Source: Cirrosporium novae-zelandiae
Lineage: Eukaryota
Direction of reading: 5' to 3'
NCBI GenBank assembly: GCA_026023565.1
Contig: JAPETS010000029.1
Span: 186,001-250,000, forward strand
DNA length: 64,000 nucleotides
Positions 12,914 through 25,579 of this stretch are shown here, one piece after another. The position numbers and the translations under genes are program-made. Below the pieces are notes generated by a model. It had not been told where the DNA came from. It saw only the letters and a program-made list of their open reading frames with translations, and made no database searches. Each line of letters starts with the position of its first letter. Within the stretch, counting starts at the first letter, position 1.

Positions 12914-14766
12914 ATGCCTCTTGTCAACGGCGACGCGTCCACAAGCTCGGCGCAGCTTCATGATCAGGAGAAAACGATTCTTGACTACAAGAATGCCCTA
13001 GACGTCCTTAAAAACGAGTTCAAAGAGAAGGATGGACTCGACGTTCAAACATTAGTTGATACCAAGGCCCGTGGAGGGTTGACTTACAATGACTTCCTTA
13101 TCTTGCCAGGCTACGTCAATTTTCCTGCCAACAAAGTGTCCCTTGAAACACGAGTGACAAAGAGAATTACCCTCAAGACCCCTCTTGTTTCATCTCCTAT
13201 GGATACTGTCACTGAACATTCAATGGCTATTTACATGGCTTTGCTCGGTGGTCTTGGTGTCATCCATCACAACTGTTCGGTAGAAGAACAGGCTGAGATG
13301 GTTAGGAAGGTGAAGAGGTTCGAAAATGGTTTTATATTAGATCCAGTTGTAGTCTCCCCAAAAACTACTGTGGGTGAAGCCCAGAAGCTCAAGGAGACTT
13401 GGGGGTTTGGTGGTTTTCCTGTTACTGGTTGGTCAACATTCTCCTTCAATTTGATACACCTTGGTTTTTATGTGATGTTCAAATTTATTCTTTTAACTTT
13501 CGTTCATCCGCAGCATTAATAGTGCCATGGGGAACTAGTAATATTCCTTTCTGAGACAACCATCTTTCGCCAGACTTTCAAGCACAATCCTTGATGGCAA
13601 CATTAGCTGACTACTTGAAAACAGAAACTGGCTCTCTCAGGTCGAAACTATTAGGGATCATCACAACTCGCGACATTCAATTCCACCATACACCTGAAGA
13701 CCCAGTCACTGCCGTCATGTCAACCAATCTTATTACTGCTCCTGCTGGAACCACCCTCACCGAAGCCAATGAAGTCCTTCGGAAATCTAAGAAGGGAAAA
13801 CTTCCAATTGTAGATGAGCAAGGAAACTTGATTTCTCTCCTGTCCCGTTCCGATCTTTTGAAGAACAGCAACTATCCGCTATCATCGAAACTTCCCCATT
13901 CTAAGCAGCTCATCTGTGCTGCAGCTATTGGCACCCGTCCCGATGATAAGATCAGACTGGCAAAACTAGCTGATGCTGGTTTGGACATTGTTGTGTTGGA
14001 TAGTAGCCAAGGAAACAGCATCTTCCAAATTGACATGATCAAATATATCAAAGAGACCTATCCTGGTATCGATGTCATTGCTGGAAATGTGGTGACTCGA
14101 GAGCAAGCTGCTTCTCTCATCGCGGCTGGCGCCGATGCTTTGAGAATTGGTATGGGTAGCGGAAGCGCCTGTATCACTCAAGAAGTCATGGCTGTCGGAA
14201 GACCACAAGCTGCAGCGGTCTGGAGCGTATCCTCTTTTGCTGCACGCTTCGGAGTGCCAACCATTGCTGATGGCGGTGTTCAAAACGTAGGCCACATCGT
14301 TAAAGGGTTGGCTCTCGGTGCATCCACCGTTATGATGGGAGGTTTGCTTGCTGGTACCCGTGAATCTCCTGGTGACTCCTTTGTGAACAAGGATGGCCAG
14401 ATGATCAAAGCCTACCGTGGAATGGGAAGTATTGCTGCCATGGAAGACAAAAAGGCTGCAGGTGGTGCCAAGGATGCCCACCAACAGAATGCCGGAACTG
14501 CTCGATACTTCTCTGAAGGCGACAAAATGTTAGTCGCTCAGGGAGTTTCAGGCTATGTTCTCGACAGAGGCTCCGTCACACAATTTGTCCCCTACCTCCT
14601 AGCTGGTCTGCAACACTCTTTCCAGGATATTGGCGTCCAGAGCATCAGTGAACTAAAGATGGGTGTTCTGAAGGGAGATGTTCGCTTCGAGGTTAGAACT
14701 GCCAGTGCTCAGATGGAAGGCAACGTTCATGGTCTCCACAGCTTCGACAAGAAGCTTTATTCTTGA
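12914..14766 (+). CDS. Inosine-5'-monophosphate dehydrogenase (IMPDH)
   Basis: [24 protein letters not shown] pair, catalytic [12 protein letters not shown] and YRGMGS. Exons 12914-13427 and 13625-14766; intron 13428-13624 (GTTGGT...GCTGAC...CAG) joins the frames as ...PVT-E-TGS... Confidence 0.97.
13467..13558 (+). ncRNA. snR54: Intronic box C/D snoRNA, snR54-like (guide for 18S rRNA 2'-O-methylation)
   Basis: Box C-like GTGATGT at 13472-13478 and box D CTGA at 13551-13554, with flanking complementary TGGTT/AACCA. Guide TAACTTTCGTTC at 13494-13505 is complementary to the conserved 18S segment GAACGAAAGTTA. The host is an IMPDH intron, as for yeast snR54 in IMD4. Confidence 0.8.
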
Positions 14767-15761
14767 AAATAAGAAGAGGCAGATTATTAGATAGACGGGT
14801 TTTCCTTGACGACGGGTCGGTTGGCTTTTGTGCTTGGTTTGTACAGAGCACCTGAAAAATAGGCGCATGATCTAGGGTTGGAGTAGATAAAGGTGGAAAA
14901 GAAATAAAAAAAAAAGCAGAAACGAAAACGAAAATGAAAATGAAAATGATTTGCATGACTACAATACATATCTTCCTGTTGCCTTTCTATCATAATATAT
15001 TTTCTCTTGTACGGTTGTAACTCTATACCTAATCCATTCACCTACAGCCCCTTCAGTTGACCAAGTCATCCCAAGAGGTAGGTAAAATACAGTACACAAT
15101 TGTATTTTCTTTATTCCCAAGTCCAAACAAATACGAAAACTAGACACAAAAATCCCCAGGTATTCACGAAGCAAGCATATATTAACCATAACACATCATC
15201 ATCTATATCTCGCCTCCCTAATACAAATGCATGCATCCATTCATTTATTCATTTCCTACCCACAACCCTCTATTCATCATACACTATATCCTAGCTTTCC
15301 TCTCCATATTAATCAATTAACCTACTAACGTAGTAAGATATCTAACTCTGGTCCTTTAGATGAGATTCATACCAAGCACTAGGAGCTCATCGTTCTTCTA
15401 GAGGCAAGGTCTGTAGGAACACAACATGGTCTTTGGGGGGCGGGGATTTGTAAAATAATAAAGGAAAAACAGGATTAGAATATCAAATCATTAGATGACC
15501 GAGAGTTTGTGTCTTTAGTTCTACCTAGGAAATACTAAAAAGAGGGACGAACTTCACTCATCACTATCACCATGTGTATTCGAAGACTTGGAATAGATGG
15601 ATGTAATTCCCCATAGTGTTTATGCATGACCCGGCTATGCCGGTGTACCTCCTCGTTATTTTATCGTGACTTCGGAACTTCTTGCACCATCAAAGCATTT
15701 TCACTTTTTTTTTTGTCTCTCTTGTATAATAAGGGCAGCATCCCTATATCCTTACCTTCAA

Positions 15762-17400
15762 ATGATGCCAACACTTTCCCACAGTCATTTCCGGAAACCA
15801 AAATCATTACCATCATGCAAATACCTACATACCCCAGCTATCTTTCCAGGTACAAAAGTCCACCATCCCCCGAAGTATCACCAAATAACAAGACCGCGAC
15901 CAATCCGAATCCAACAAGGACTTGCATTCTCGTCCCCCTGCCCTCAAGTTCTCCCAATAACCATCTACAGAGGCCTTTCCCGAAACACCAAGGCTTATAA
16001 AAGAATAGATGCTACTAAAGATTCACCCACGCCTTGTACAAGGTTAGTTTGCGCTTTTTCTATGGCTAGGAAATATCTCCCTCAAAAAACTGACAAGCTC
16101 TTGACATCTAGCACCTTAATAATTTCTCCAAACAACGAAGTCCTCCTTCTTAAGCATCAACAGGAACTCCGGATTTCCCCATCGGATTCTTCGTCGCCAA
16201 ACACATCAAATGCGCCAAATGCGCTAAGACCACGATGTCTATTCCCAAGCGGAAGACTGCAACTCCAAGATGGCGTGTCCTTGAAATCCTTGCGCGTGCC
16301 CTACGATAACTTCAAGTGTCGACAAGGTGCGATTCGGGAGGTGTTTGAGAAGACGGGATTACTGCTCGTGAAGGATCGCGATAACGAGGAGCTGGCTAGC
16401 CTCAAAATAAAAGACCGGGACAACGGAAGGCTAGCTGTTATGAAACGGGTAGTTAAGTTTCATAGGTGGTTGAAACATAGGCGTCTTAAGGAAGCGAATC
16501 TGGATATAAGTATGCTATAGATATTCCGTCCTCCCCCCCCATCATTCCACTTTTACAATCCCTTCATCGCATTACGGAACACTCACATGAGGATCAATCC
16601 ACCTAGAAAGCTTCATTCCCTTCACCCGCTGGATCTCCCCACATTTCCTCCCCAACCGTACCAACACCCAAACCTACCTATATTTCCTCCCTCTCGCCCC
16701 CTCCACCCCACCAACTTCAACCGAACAACCAAAGGTCCCCAGCAACCCCGACCACCGCCTCGTCTCGGCTTCCACCATCCCGCCAAAGCACACAGAAATT
16801 CTCTCGACCAACCCCTTCAACGGCGGCACCAAAATAACCTCACTCGAATTCGCATCCCCATCCACCTGGCTCGAGCGCGCAAACGCTGGGGAAATAATCC
16901 TTCCGCCTCCAGAATACTACCTCCTACACCTGCTCTCTCAATTCCTAACCCCCCACCCCACGGAAGCCGAACAACCCCTCCTCCAAAAATACGAAAAAGA
17001 CCGAGCCGCACTGATGGGATTCATAACTAGCGGAACCCCGCCGTTCGGAAACCGGGCAATATGTCCCCAGAAACTAAACTCAAAAGAAAGTGCCGATAAT
17101 AATAATAAAATTATTCTGGCTCTCGACAACAAACCTGAACCTGGGACGGAAATGTGGAAAAGGGGGAATGGCGAGGTGGAGGAAACTGAAACGGGGGATC
17201 CAGATCGGTTCATCATTGCGGATTTTACGGATTTGGAGACGGATGGACCGAGGGGGCTGGAGGTCGTGTGGAGGGAGGAGTTTTTGAAGGAGATGGGGAA
17301 TGAGGACCAGGAGAGTGGGAAGGGAATGGAAGATGGAAATGAAAATGAAAATGTGGAGGGAAATGAGAAGATGAAGAAGGAAAAACTGGCGAAATTATGA
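15762..17400 (+). CDS. Nudix hydrolase-like protein (NUDT19-like), degenerate Nudix box, C-terminal PTS1 (AKL)
   Basis: STLIISPNNEVLLL, FPSG, AIREVFEKTGLLL, FIPFTRWISP...YLYFLP and GEIILPPPEYYLLHLL. Probable introns 16043-16111 and 16510-16606; exon 3 runs in frame into the 17014-17400 ORF, which ends LAKL*. Start codon uncertain. Confidence 0.75.
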
Positions 17401-18757
17401 TGAGTGTGTATCATTATCCCCCTACAAGGAAAAAAAAAGAACCTCAATTAAAACGAAAAATAGAAATAGAAAATACATAGACTACCTCGAAGAAACACTA
17501 AACCGAAGAGGGATGGAATAGCGAAAATATACTCAGGTACTTATTACTTTATACATACCTGACATGTATATATATGTGTGTGCATGTGTGTGATTTACGT
17601 AGATAGAATAGACGAACAATCAAAACCAAACCCTCCAAAATAAGTTCTTCATCATTACCATTCATTACATTCTGTCTGCTGTTACTCTGGTCCCTATACA
17701 CACACACACATAGCCACAGCCACAGCTCATCAAAAGCCCCAAGAAAAGAAAAGGACCAAAAAAAAATGCAAGCTCCGCTTCCCGCTTCCCCCTCGCCGGG
17801 GATGGAAGTGTGGGGGGTGGAGGTGGAGGTGGAGGTAGAGGGGACAAAAACAAAAACTTAAAATACAAACATACAGAATATGAAATAAACTTTCCCCCTA
17901 CAAATGCGATGCGATGTATAACATCCATCATCATCAATTAATTAATTCCAATCCCTTCCCTCTCCCTTCCCTTTCCCTTTTTTCCAACCTAACGGACTCC
18001 TACTCCTCTTTTCTTGTCTTTCCTTCTCTACAGGCCTTTTTCGTCCTCCTCTCCCCCGCACTCGCGCCATTCCCGTAAGAATATAAATATAAATATATAA
18101 TGTATGTATATGCATATGCAAGAATACATGTCATGACCATACCCTTTCCGGATAGGAGGGAGGAAGGGTAGGGTAAGATAGACATGCAGTGATTTTCGAT
18201 GGTGATTGTATAACCCGATTCGGTTCGGGTCGTCTTATATTGTAGGTATTTGGAATGTAGGAAATAATAGGAGTGATGGCTTTTTTTTTTTTTGAGAAAA
18301 TGTTTAATAAGGATGGAATGGATGGTCGGTTGGTTGGATAGTCATGAACGTCTAGTTTTGAGGATAGGTAGGCATGGTATGGTATTTGTGATTATTTCGC
18401 TGTCCTGTTTTCCTTTTATGGTGTTAGTTCGGAGGGGTTTGATTGAACATAGTATTTGGGGGGGGGGGTAATGCTTTTAGCCCTCTTTCTTTTTTCTTTC
18501 TTCTTCCGTGGATAAGGAGTGTGGGGAGGTATTTTTTATTCCATTGCTTGTAAATATGATGGAATGTGGAATTTTGGGGTAGAGTGAAGGAGGGAAGGAT
18601 GTTGGGTCCGAATGGGATTTTAGGGGTTTCGTTTCCAGATTGATGCCGTGCTAAATTCGGTGGCAGCCAATTTCCCTTGTAGCAAATACATACATGCAAG
18701 TCCACCTCTCTATTCAAGAATGATATTTAAGGGGCTCTGCCCGCCCAGTTCACGCAT

Positions 18758-20279
18758 TCACGCATTCCTGACTGGTCTCTCCGATCCAACTGGTGTTGGC
18801 GAACTCCGCGGTGTCTGCTCTGGTTGCAAATTCCCTGTATATGTCCTCCTAGGTCCATCAACAGGTGCAACATCTTCTGCAATAGCATCCTCATAACTCG
18901 GAGGTGCTTCATCATATGCTGGAAGCTGCACAGACTCCTGGTAAGACGGTCGACTAGAGCCTGCGCCAACGGGTCTACGTGGTGGCACGCCATTACTAAA
19001 GCTGGGCAGTGTTTGCGGAAGATAAGTAGAAGTGGCCATAGCTTCGAGAAGAGCTGGAGGTGGAGCGATGCCTGAGTATACCTCGACGTCCATGCGGAGA
19101 GGGGAGACGATATAATCAGGGAGGATGGCGCCGCCAGGGAGACCGCGGCCGATACCAATTCTTACATCTAAAGAATATCTTCGAGAGACGTTGCAGGCCA
19201 TAAAAGAGGGTGCGACGGTGGTAGGAAGGCGGATTGACTTCCACATACTGTTGTCGATGACAGTTGCTTTGTTTGGAGTCGGCGTTTGAATGGGGATGTT
19301 AAGGTTACTTTTACTAAAGAGTACCCAACTACCCATTTCTTCTCGTGCCAACTGTTGTGCGCGAAGAGTAGTGAAACCAATGAGTTCAATCTGTAGAGAC
19401 TGTAGGTATAATATTTCCGTACTCTCATTCACCTTGGTGAGTAACACCCGAAGTGGTATTGTTTCATTGCAGGTTAGGATGGGGGGATTCGGTAATCTGA
19501 TTTCAGGGCAGAATTGCGCAGGTGCAGTGCCTGATTCAGGCCTTGACTTTTTAGCAAATATCCCCTTGCTCCATGAACCGGAACTGTCTTGGAACTGCTG
19601 CGATCGTCTAGCATATGCCTCCTGTCTCCCATCTGGCGGTCGTGGAGGCTCGATAGGTAAAAACAAAAAGTTTGTCGATGCTCGAAAATTCTGTTTCAGA
19701 ATAGAAGCTCGAGCAACAGTAACTTTGACATAGTATCTGATACCTGCGTTTCCGTAGTCTAGAGATGGGGGCAAAGTTTTATGGACGTGTAGGGTAGGGA
19801 TCAAGCCTTGAAGTCCGTGGCTGTTCTTCTCGCAATCGTTGTTGAAGGGGATCTTAAATTTGAAGGGATACTCGTAATGACCTGGTGATAAAGTGTAGTT
19901 GTCACTTGAACCAACTTGTTGGAGGCCCGATGGAGGAAAGACGGACTCGACTCGGTATAGCAACTATAGGAGAATACCTTAGTTAACAAATTCTCATTCT
20001 GCGGGTGATATTACTGAGCGTAGCTTGACTTCCATCCCTTTTATGGCGATGGCCACTCACTTTATGTACTTCGGACTGACTGTCCATGTCATCAACTCCA
20101 GGCCTAACTCTCGTCGAGCTTTCACCTTCAAGCTTGACAGTAATGGCAGCTATTGTATCTCTGGTGGGCAGGTCCAGAATGACGCGACCAGTAATGAGAT
20201 CAAGATTGGTAAAATGCGCATAAGGCTTGTCGAGCTGGACTCGCACGGCTTGCGATGGATATTGCATAAATTGGGCCAT
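18758..20279 (-). CDS. Alpha-arrestin (arrestin N/C domains with PY motifs)
   Basis: FTNLDLITGRVIL, ITVKLEGESST, HKLLYR, YEYPFKFKIP, LPPSL, IRYYVKVTV, and C-terminal LPAY/PPSY. Intron 19964-20060 (GTGAGT..TAG). Confidence 0.9.
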
Positions 20280-20697
20280 GGTGGGGTTTGATTCTGATAG
20301 GCAGCAATTTATCAAGTTATTACGGCTTGCACTTGTAGTGCCTGAATTCTCCTCGAGAGCTTATGTGAAGCATAGTATGAAGAGTATCGTATATTTGTTA
20401 TGACATCAAGTGATAGGTTGGTAGTGGTCGATCGCGACTCGCGACTCATGAATGCTTTGAAAGGTCGAGGTCATTGTTGGATGGGGACGACTGGGTACGA
20501 CGGGGTGAAAGGTTCATCTTGAAGCTTAGCTATGCCGTCATCCAGTTTTTTTGCTCCGCCTCATCATCCGATCGGCTCGGATCATTTGGGGCACTTCACT
20601 ATTTGAACACTTTCTTCTAGAATGCACAGAATACACAGTACGGAAAACTCCCTTGTTCATTTGCTAAGCTAATCATAATCCCGTGTTTCTTCAAACC

Positions 20698-22797
20698 CTA
20701 CATTTTTATTTCCGAAGGTACTGAAACATTCAATGGATCAATACCGTTTTCCAATTCTGTTTTGGATGGCATCTTTCCTCTCCTCATAAGTTCCGCACTC
20801 TTTGACATGATAGGATCCATCATCATGCTAGCAACAGCCACAACAGTTTCACCTTTGCAATAATATGCCGCAAACTTTCCATTATCTGGATCTCCTTTTA
20901 AAACTAGATCGTCCCACCCGTTTGGCGTATTGCCGCAATATCTCAGCTGCGACCCTAGTGCCGACCAGAATATGGGGATGAATGACTTGGGCTTCCCATT
21001 AGGGTGAGTGATGGTGAATCCAACGCTTCGTCCTGCGTTTTGGGCCACATTCCAATGTTCAATCCTTGTCAAGGACCCATTCCCACCAGGTCCATGGTAA
21101 GGATAGGTGGCAATATCACCAATAGCATATACATCCTTCAGTCCACTCACTTCGAAGCTCTCGTTTGTCTTGAGCGATCCATCTTTTTCAAGCTGGGCAC
21201 TGGATCTTTTTAAGAATGCAGTAGCTGGCTTAACGCCTACGCCCAAAATGACGAGATCAGCATCGAGAGTGGTCCCGTCTTTAAGTTGAACGCCACCAAC
21301 ATCAGTGGGATTTTTTAAGGAAGGAATAGCCTTCTCAACCGATGCCCCCATGCGAAAATTCACCCCACTCTTTTCGAGAAGATTTTGGAATATCTGTCCG
21401 ACCTGCTTTCCCATCACCCTCTCCAGTGGAGCCTCTTCCATTCCTACCACAGTCACCGTATTCTCTTTTGCGAGAGCATTTGCAACCTCCATGCCAATAA
21501 AAGAACTTCCAATAATAACAATCTGCTTGCCTTTATTACCAACAGCACTTAGGATGCCTTGAACATGTTGAACGGTGCGCAGAAGAAAAACATTGCCCAA
21601 ATCCTTGAAACCTGGAAGTGGGAGCATATTGGGGGTTCCACCGGTTGCAAGAATAAGCTTAGTGTAAGAATAATCCTTCTCAGACTTTGTGGACACGTTT
21701 TTCCCGGAGAAGTCGACCTTGGTAACTTCATCGTTGATCAAGTTAACCGAGGCTGCTGAGTACCAATCCCCAGAACGTAAAGCGAGCTTAGACGCGTCAG
21801 GAATGAGCGCCTTTGAAAGCTTTGTTCGATCAATTGGAGGATAGCCTTCGGAACTAATAATAGTGATAGAGCCATTGAAGCCTTGAACCCGAAGACTTTG
21901 GACAGCCCCAAAAGCGCCATCTCCCCTATTTCGTTTGAGTTAGAACATAGAATAGATTGACTTTGTAAGGATTGGCTTACCCTCCAACGATGACAACCTT
22001 CTCCGGTCCCTGCACAGCACATTTTATACCAGGTGATTTCCTCATGTTTTTGATCGTGGTATTATTTCCGGTGATGTAAACTGCCCCATCCTTTTCTGAG
22101 ACTGGAAATTTGGCTAGATTATCTGGGGCCGGTGCATCTTCGACGTCTCCTGTCTTGATATTGAAGCAAGCTAATAACCAGAGTTAATTGATGTTCATTA
22201 AAAAAATACTTCCCTTGTATTGACATGAAGCGAAGTAATTTGCTAAATCAATCACTTCCGCACTATGCTTCTAGGTCCTAAGCAGGCTGAGATCCAAATC
22301 AAGTTTGAATTCAGACGGAGGGTAGAATGTTGTGTGATATTAGGAAGTGATTCTCGCGAGTTGTGAAAGTGATTGATTTAGTAGGGTAGTGGGAGTGGCA
22401 TAAACACGATAAAGGTATTAATTTGCGGGAATCACTCACCTCCATGCCAGGGACAGGTAAGAAAGCCGTCAGGACTCAAAACTCCGTTCTTCAATGGGGC
22501 TCCAAAATGGGTACAGTTTGGAGACATGGCATGAGTCTCCCCGTCCAGCTTGACAAGTAAGATCTTCCCACCCTCAATTCCCTCCACCTCAGCTTCACGC
22601 ATCTCGCCATTTTTCAGGTCGAGGGAGGTGAGCCCTTTCAGCTTGTAATCAATGTCCATACCGGTTACTGTGCTGACTGTTTGTTTGACCGCTTGCATGG
22701 AAAATGGATGATGTAAGAAAAGTATCTGTTTCCGAGGGAATCGGTGAGTAAGCTTTGGGTAGATAGTACGAAAGGAAATAGGTCGGATGAAGTACAT
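20698..22797 (-). CDS. Rieske [2Fe-2S] + FAD/NAD(P)H oxidoreductase (AIF-like, AIFM3/Aif1 type)
   Basis: Rieske CTHFGAPL...CPWHGACF, VIVGGGDG, IDRTKLSKAL, ILATGG, IIGSSFIGME, YAIGDIA and RIEHWNVAQ. Introns 22171-22439 and 21926-21980. Alternative in-frame ATGs downstream (MQAV, MDID). Confidence 0.92.
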
Positions 22798-24570
22798 GAA
22801 ACGGCTTCAGGGAGAATGATCTGAATGAATCTTCTCGAAGCTATGAGATAGAGTAGAGAGATGTTAGAGAATGATGATTAGAGGAGACTGATGCTATAGA
22901 AAGCGTTTGTATGTCGTCATTTAGGGTTTCGTGGATATCGATAAGATGGGGGGTGATGAGGAATTACCAACGGCCAATTTTGGCCAATCAGGTTGGACGA
23001 ATTGTTAAGATGCCAGCCATCACGGGACTCGGACTTCAACAAGGTAATTCCGTCATGTCATATCACGTGACTGTGTTCCGTGTCCCGTAATGTATTTTCC
23101 ATACCACGACAGGTCATCCAATAATGAGCTATCGGAGGTTCGGGATTCTTGGACCGACTCTCGACTCATACAGGAATTTTCAAGTGCAATTCACTGATTC
23201 ATGACAGAATTGTTTTGAATGTGGCCTGACATTTTGGTGGTACCTGTACCAGTTTGCTGGGTCTCGATCAGACTTCCGTCCCAGCCGAGTAAACGGAACA
23301 TGTGCCTATTTTGTGCCCAGTTTGCGCTCATCGAGATGGATCGAGATGATACAACCAATTCCCATCGACGGCATTGCTTTGCCTCTACCTTGAATCTTTG
23401 CATGAAATCATCATGATTCAGATAATAAAAGGTTTAGGCAGGGAACTGTGAAGAATCTTTTTTAGTGCAAATCATCAACTTTCAAGTTTAGTAACTCTCT
23501 GCTATCTGCTATCTGCCCTATTATATAATTAGAGAGATGAGACTCTGGTTCAAACCCAATACTCATGTCGGTTTGTTTCTCGCGGCAAGTCTAATCATTG
23601 GTGGACATTAAGGGTCTCCACGGGTCTCCCAAAGGTCTCTCGAGTTTCCCGGATCCCAACTGTCAAAAAGTCAAGTGGCCCTGAAGAGCTTGGTGCAGGG
23701 TACTAAGGAGAAAGACTTGTCTGCAGCCAGTTCAATAGTAGTCATTTGTTTGATGATTTGATTGGCTGATATGCACAAGTACCGGGAAACCGTGGAGCAG
23801 GTTTGCCCCTTTTCAGGATTTCCACAGAGGCTATCGAGGCTAACGAACTAAAGGATTTCGGTTAGTGGTAGGAAAATGGGAAAGGCGACTAAGGAGAGTA
23901 GTGGAGGGCGCCGACCTGAATACTAAACAGCCACCGAACCCTCTTTTTTCCCACAATTTGGAGAAAAAATGGGTGAACTGTTCAGGTCTTGTCCTGTTGT
24001 CAAAATGTCCAGCTTTTGACTAGGGCTTACTTACATGGTACAGCAGAAATCCCAGAATCCAGGAGTCCAGCAGTTTTCAGGAGATAGATCCAGAAGCGAT
24101 GCAGGGAGTTGAATCGACCCATCAAACGCATTCTCCATATGAGACCAGAGAAATAGCTGTATGATGAGCAGCATATTAATTGCATTGCATTGCAGTAAAA
24201 ACAAAATAAAATACAAGATAAAAGACCCAAACAATCCCAACATAGGCAGCAATGTGACCATGGACCATGTCGCAGGAAGATTCGTGGATAATAGACAATG
24301 GAATTCTTGGGGTCTTCTAGAGGCCTTCTAGTTCGTCACAGACCACCACTGACCAATTGGTGTCCTGGACTGGGAAGTGATATGAAATATGGACATGATT
24401 GGACGCCATCTCGACGGTGTAGTTTTCCTTGGTGTAGTGCACTATGTCAGTAGTGTAGTGTCTGTGCAGAGTTGTACCAACTATGAACTTTCCTATTCCC
24501 TCGGGTCCTCGGTTGCAGATCGATTTCGAATAATGTTGGATTCCATCTCCACATGATGTATTTTATTTGT

Positions 24571-24620
24571 ACTTTACTACGCTTTACTGCGCTTTACTGC
24601 ATTTTACCACACTTTACCAC
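24571..24620. repeat. 10-bp minisatellite, 5 degenerate copies (RYTTTACYRC)
   Basis: actttactac gctttactgc gctttactgc attttaccac actttaccac. Confidence 0.75.
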
Positions 24621-24877
24621 AGTACAGCTAAATTAGTTCATGAGCCATCTCTTTTCTTCACTCTTCGTTCCATTGTCGCCATCGACATCTTCGCCAACTT
24701 TCCCTTATCGCTCCATCCTGTTAGTGGAAATCTACTCCGAACAAATTATCTGCCTAAATCCACCTAATCTCTTGAATTTTACCATAAAACTACTCAAGAC
24801 CCGCAAATCTTCCCTCTTGTCTTCGCCCCCAAATCCCTCCATCTTCTTAAATGTTGGATTACTTATCTCCAGCAAAC

Positions 24878-25579
24878 ATGTTTTCGTCATTTTCCTTCCC
24901 ACCATGCGATTCTGAGAACCGCATTCCGGATCATATCTCTTCCTCTTATTCCACTTACTATGAATCTGATCCTGACTCCATCTCTCCTCGTTCATCACCA
25001 TTCCCTACATCGGCACCACCACTAGAACAGTCAGCAGTCTCCATGTCTGCTCTCTCGTCATTATTTTCTAGCTCTACCGTCAAGCCTCCATCAGCCTCAT
25101 CCTTGGCCTCTTACGCGGCTTTCTCTTCTCGACGCGCCGAACGCCAGATGCATCTCCAAACCCTCATTAACAGTCCATCTACTCCATCAAAAGGGTCAGA
25201 AAGTCTATCATCATCGTCACATGAACAGGCCTTCGCGTCCTCATCTCTCACTCGCTCACCATCACCATCCAGAAACAAGTCGCCTATGACCGATGTTCCA
25301 GCACTTAGCCACCATTCAGGATCAATGCCATATACTTCAATGCTGCAAGGATCCATGCACACATCCAACAGCCAGGGAGATGAGCCAGAAGATGAGGGTA
25401 TCGGCCTTGATCCGTCGTTTGAGGTGGGAAATGCTGCCGCTGCAGCCGCGTTGGAAGACTTGAGAGAGCAGAGGAGGAAGACTCTGAGAAGAGCGAGTGT
25501 AAGAAGAGATGTCAGACTGAGGGTTAGGAAACGGCCTGCACCAGTTCAAGAAAGGAACACAAGTACCGCCAAGCAATAG
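24878..25579 (+). CDS. Hypothetical Ser/Pro-rich protein
   Basis: Uninterrupted ORF from ATG 24878 (MFSSFSFP), low-complexity S/P region and basic C-terminus LRRASVRRDVRLRVRKR. No domain recognised. Confidence 0.65.
   Translation: MFSSFSFPPCDSENRIPDHISSSYSTYYESDPDSISPRSSPFPTSAPPLEQSAVSMSALSSLFSSSTVKPPSASSLASYAAFSSRRAERQMHLQTLINSPSTPSKGSESLSSSSHEQAFASSSLTRSPSPSRNKSPMTDVPALSHHSGSMPYTSMLQGSMHTSNSQGDEPEDEGIGLDPSFEVGNAAAAAALEDLREQRRKTLRRASVRRDVRLRVRKRPAPVQERNTSTAKQ

Noticed and set aside
12914..14766. IMPDH as a mycophenolate-type self-resistance gene marking a biosynthetic cluster
   Set aside because: It keeps the canonical Tyr in YRGMGS, hosts the ancestral-type snoRNA, and there is no PKS, NRPS or tailoring gene in the window.
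23547..23557. Isolated B-box-like GGTTCAAACCC
   Set aside because: No cloverleaf or A-box around it; a single 11-mer could be chance.
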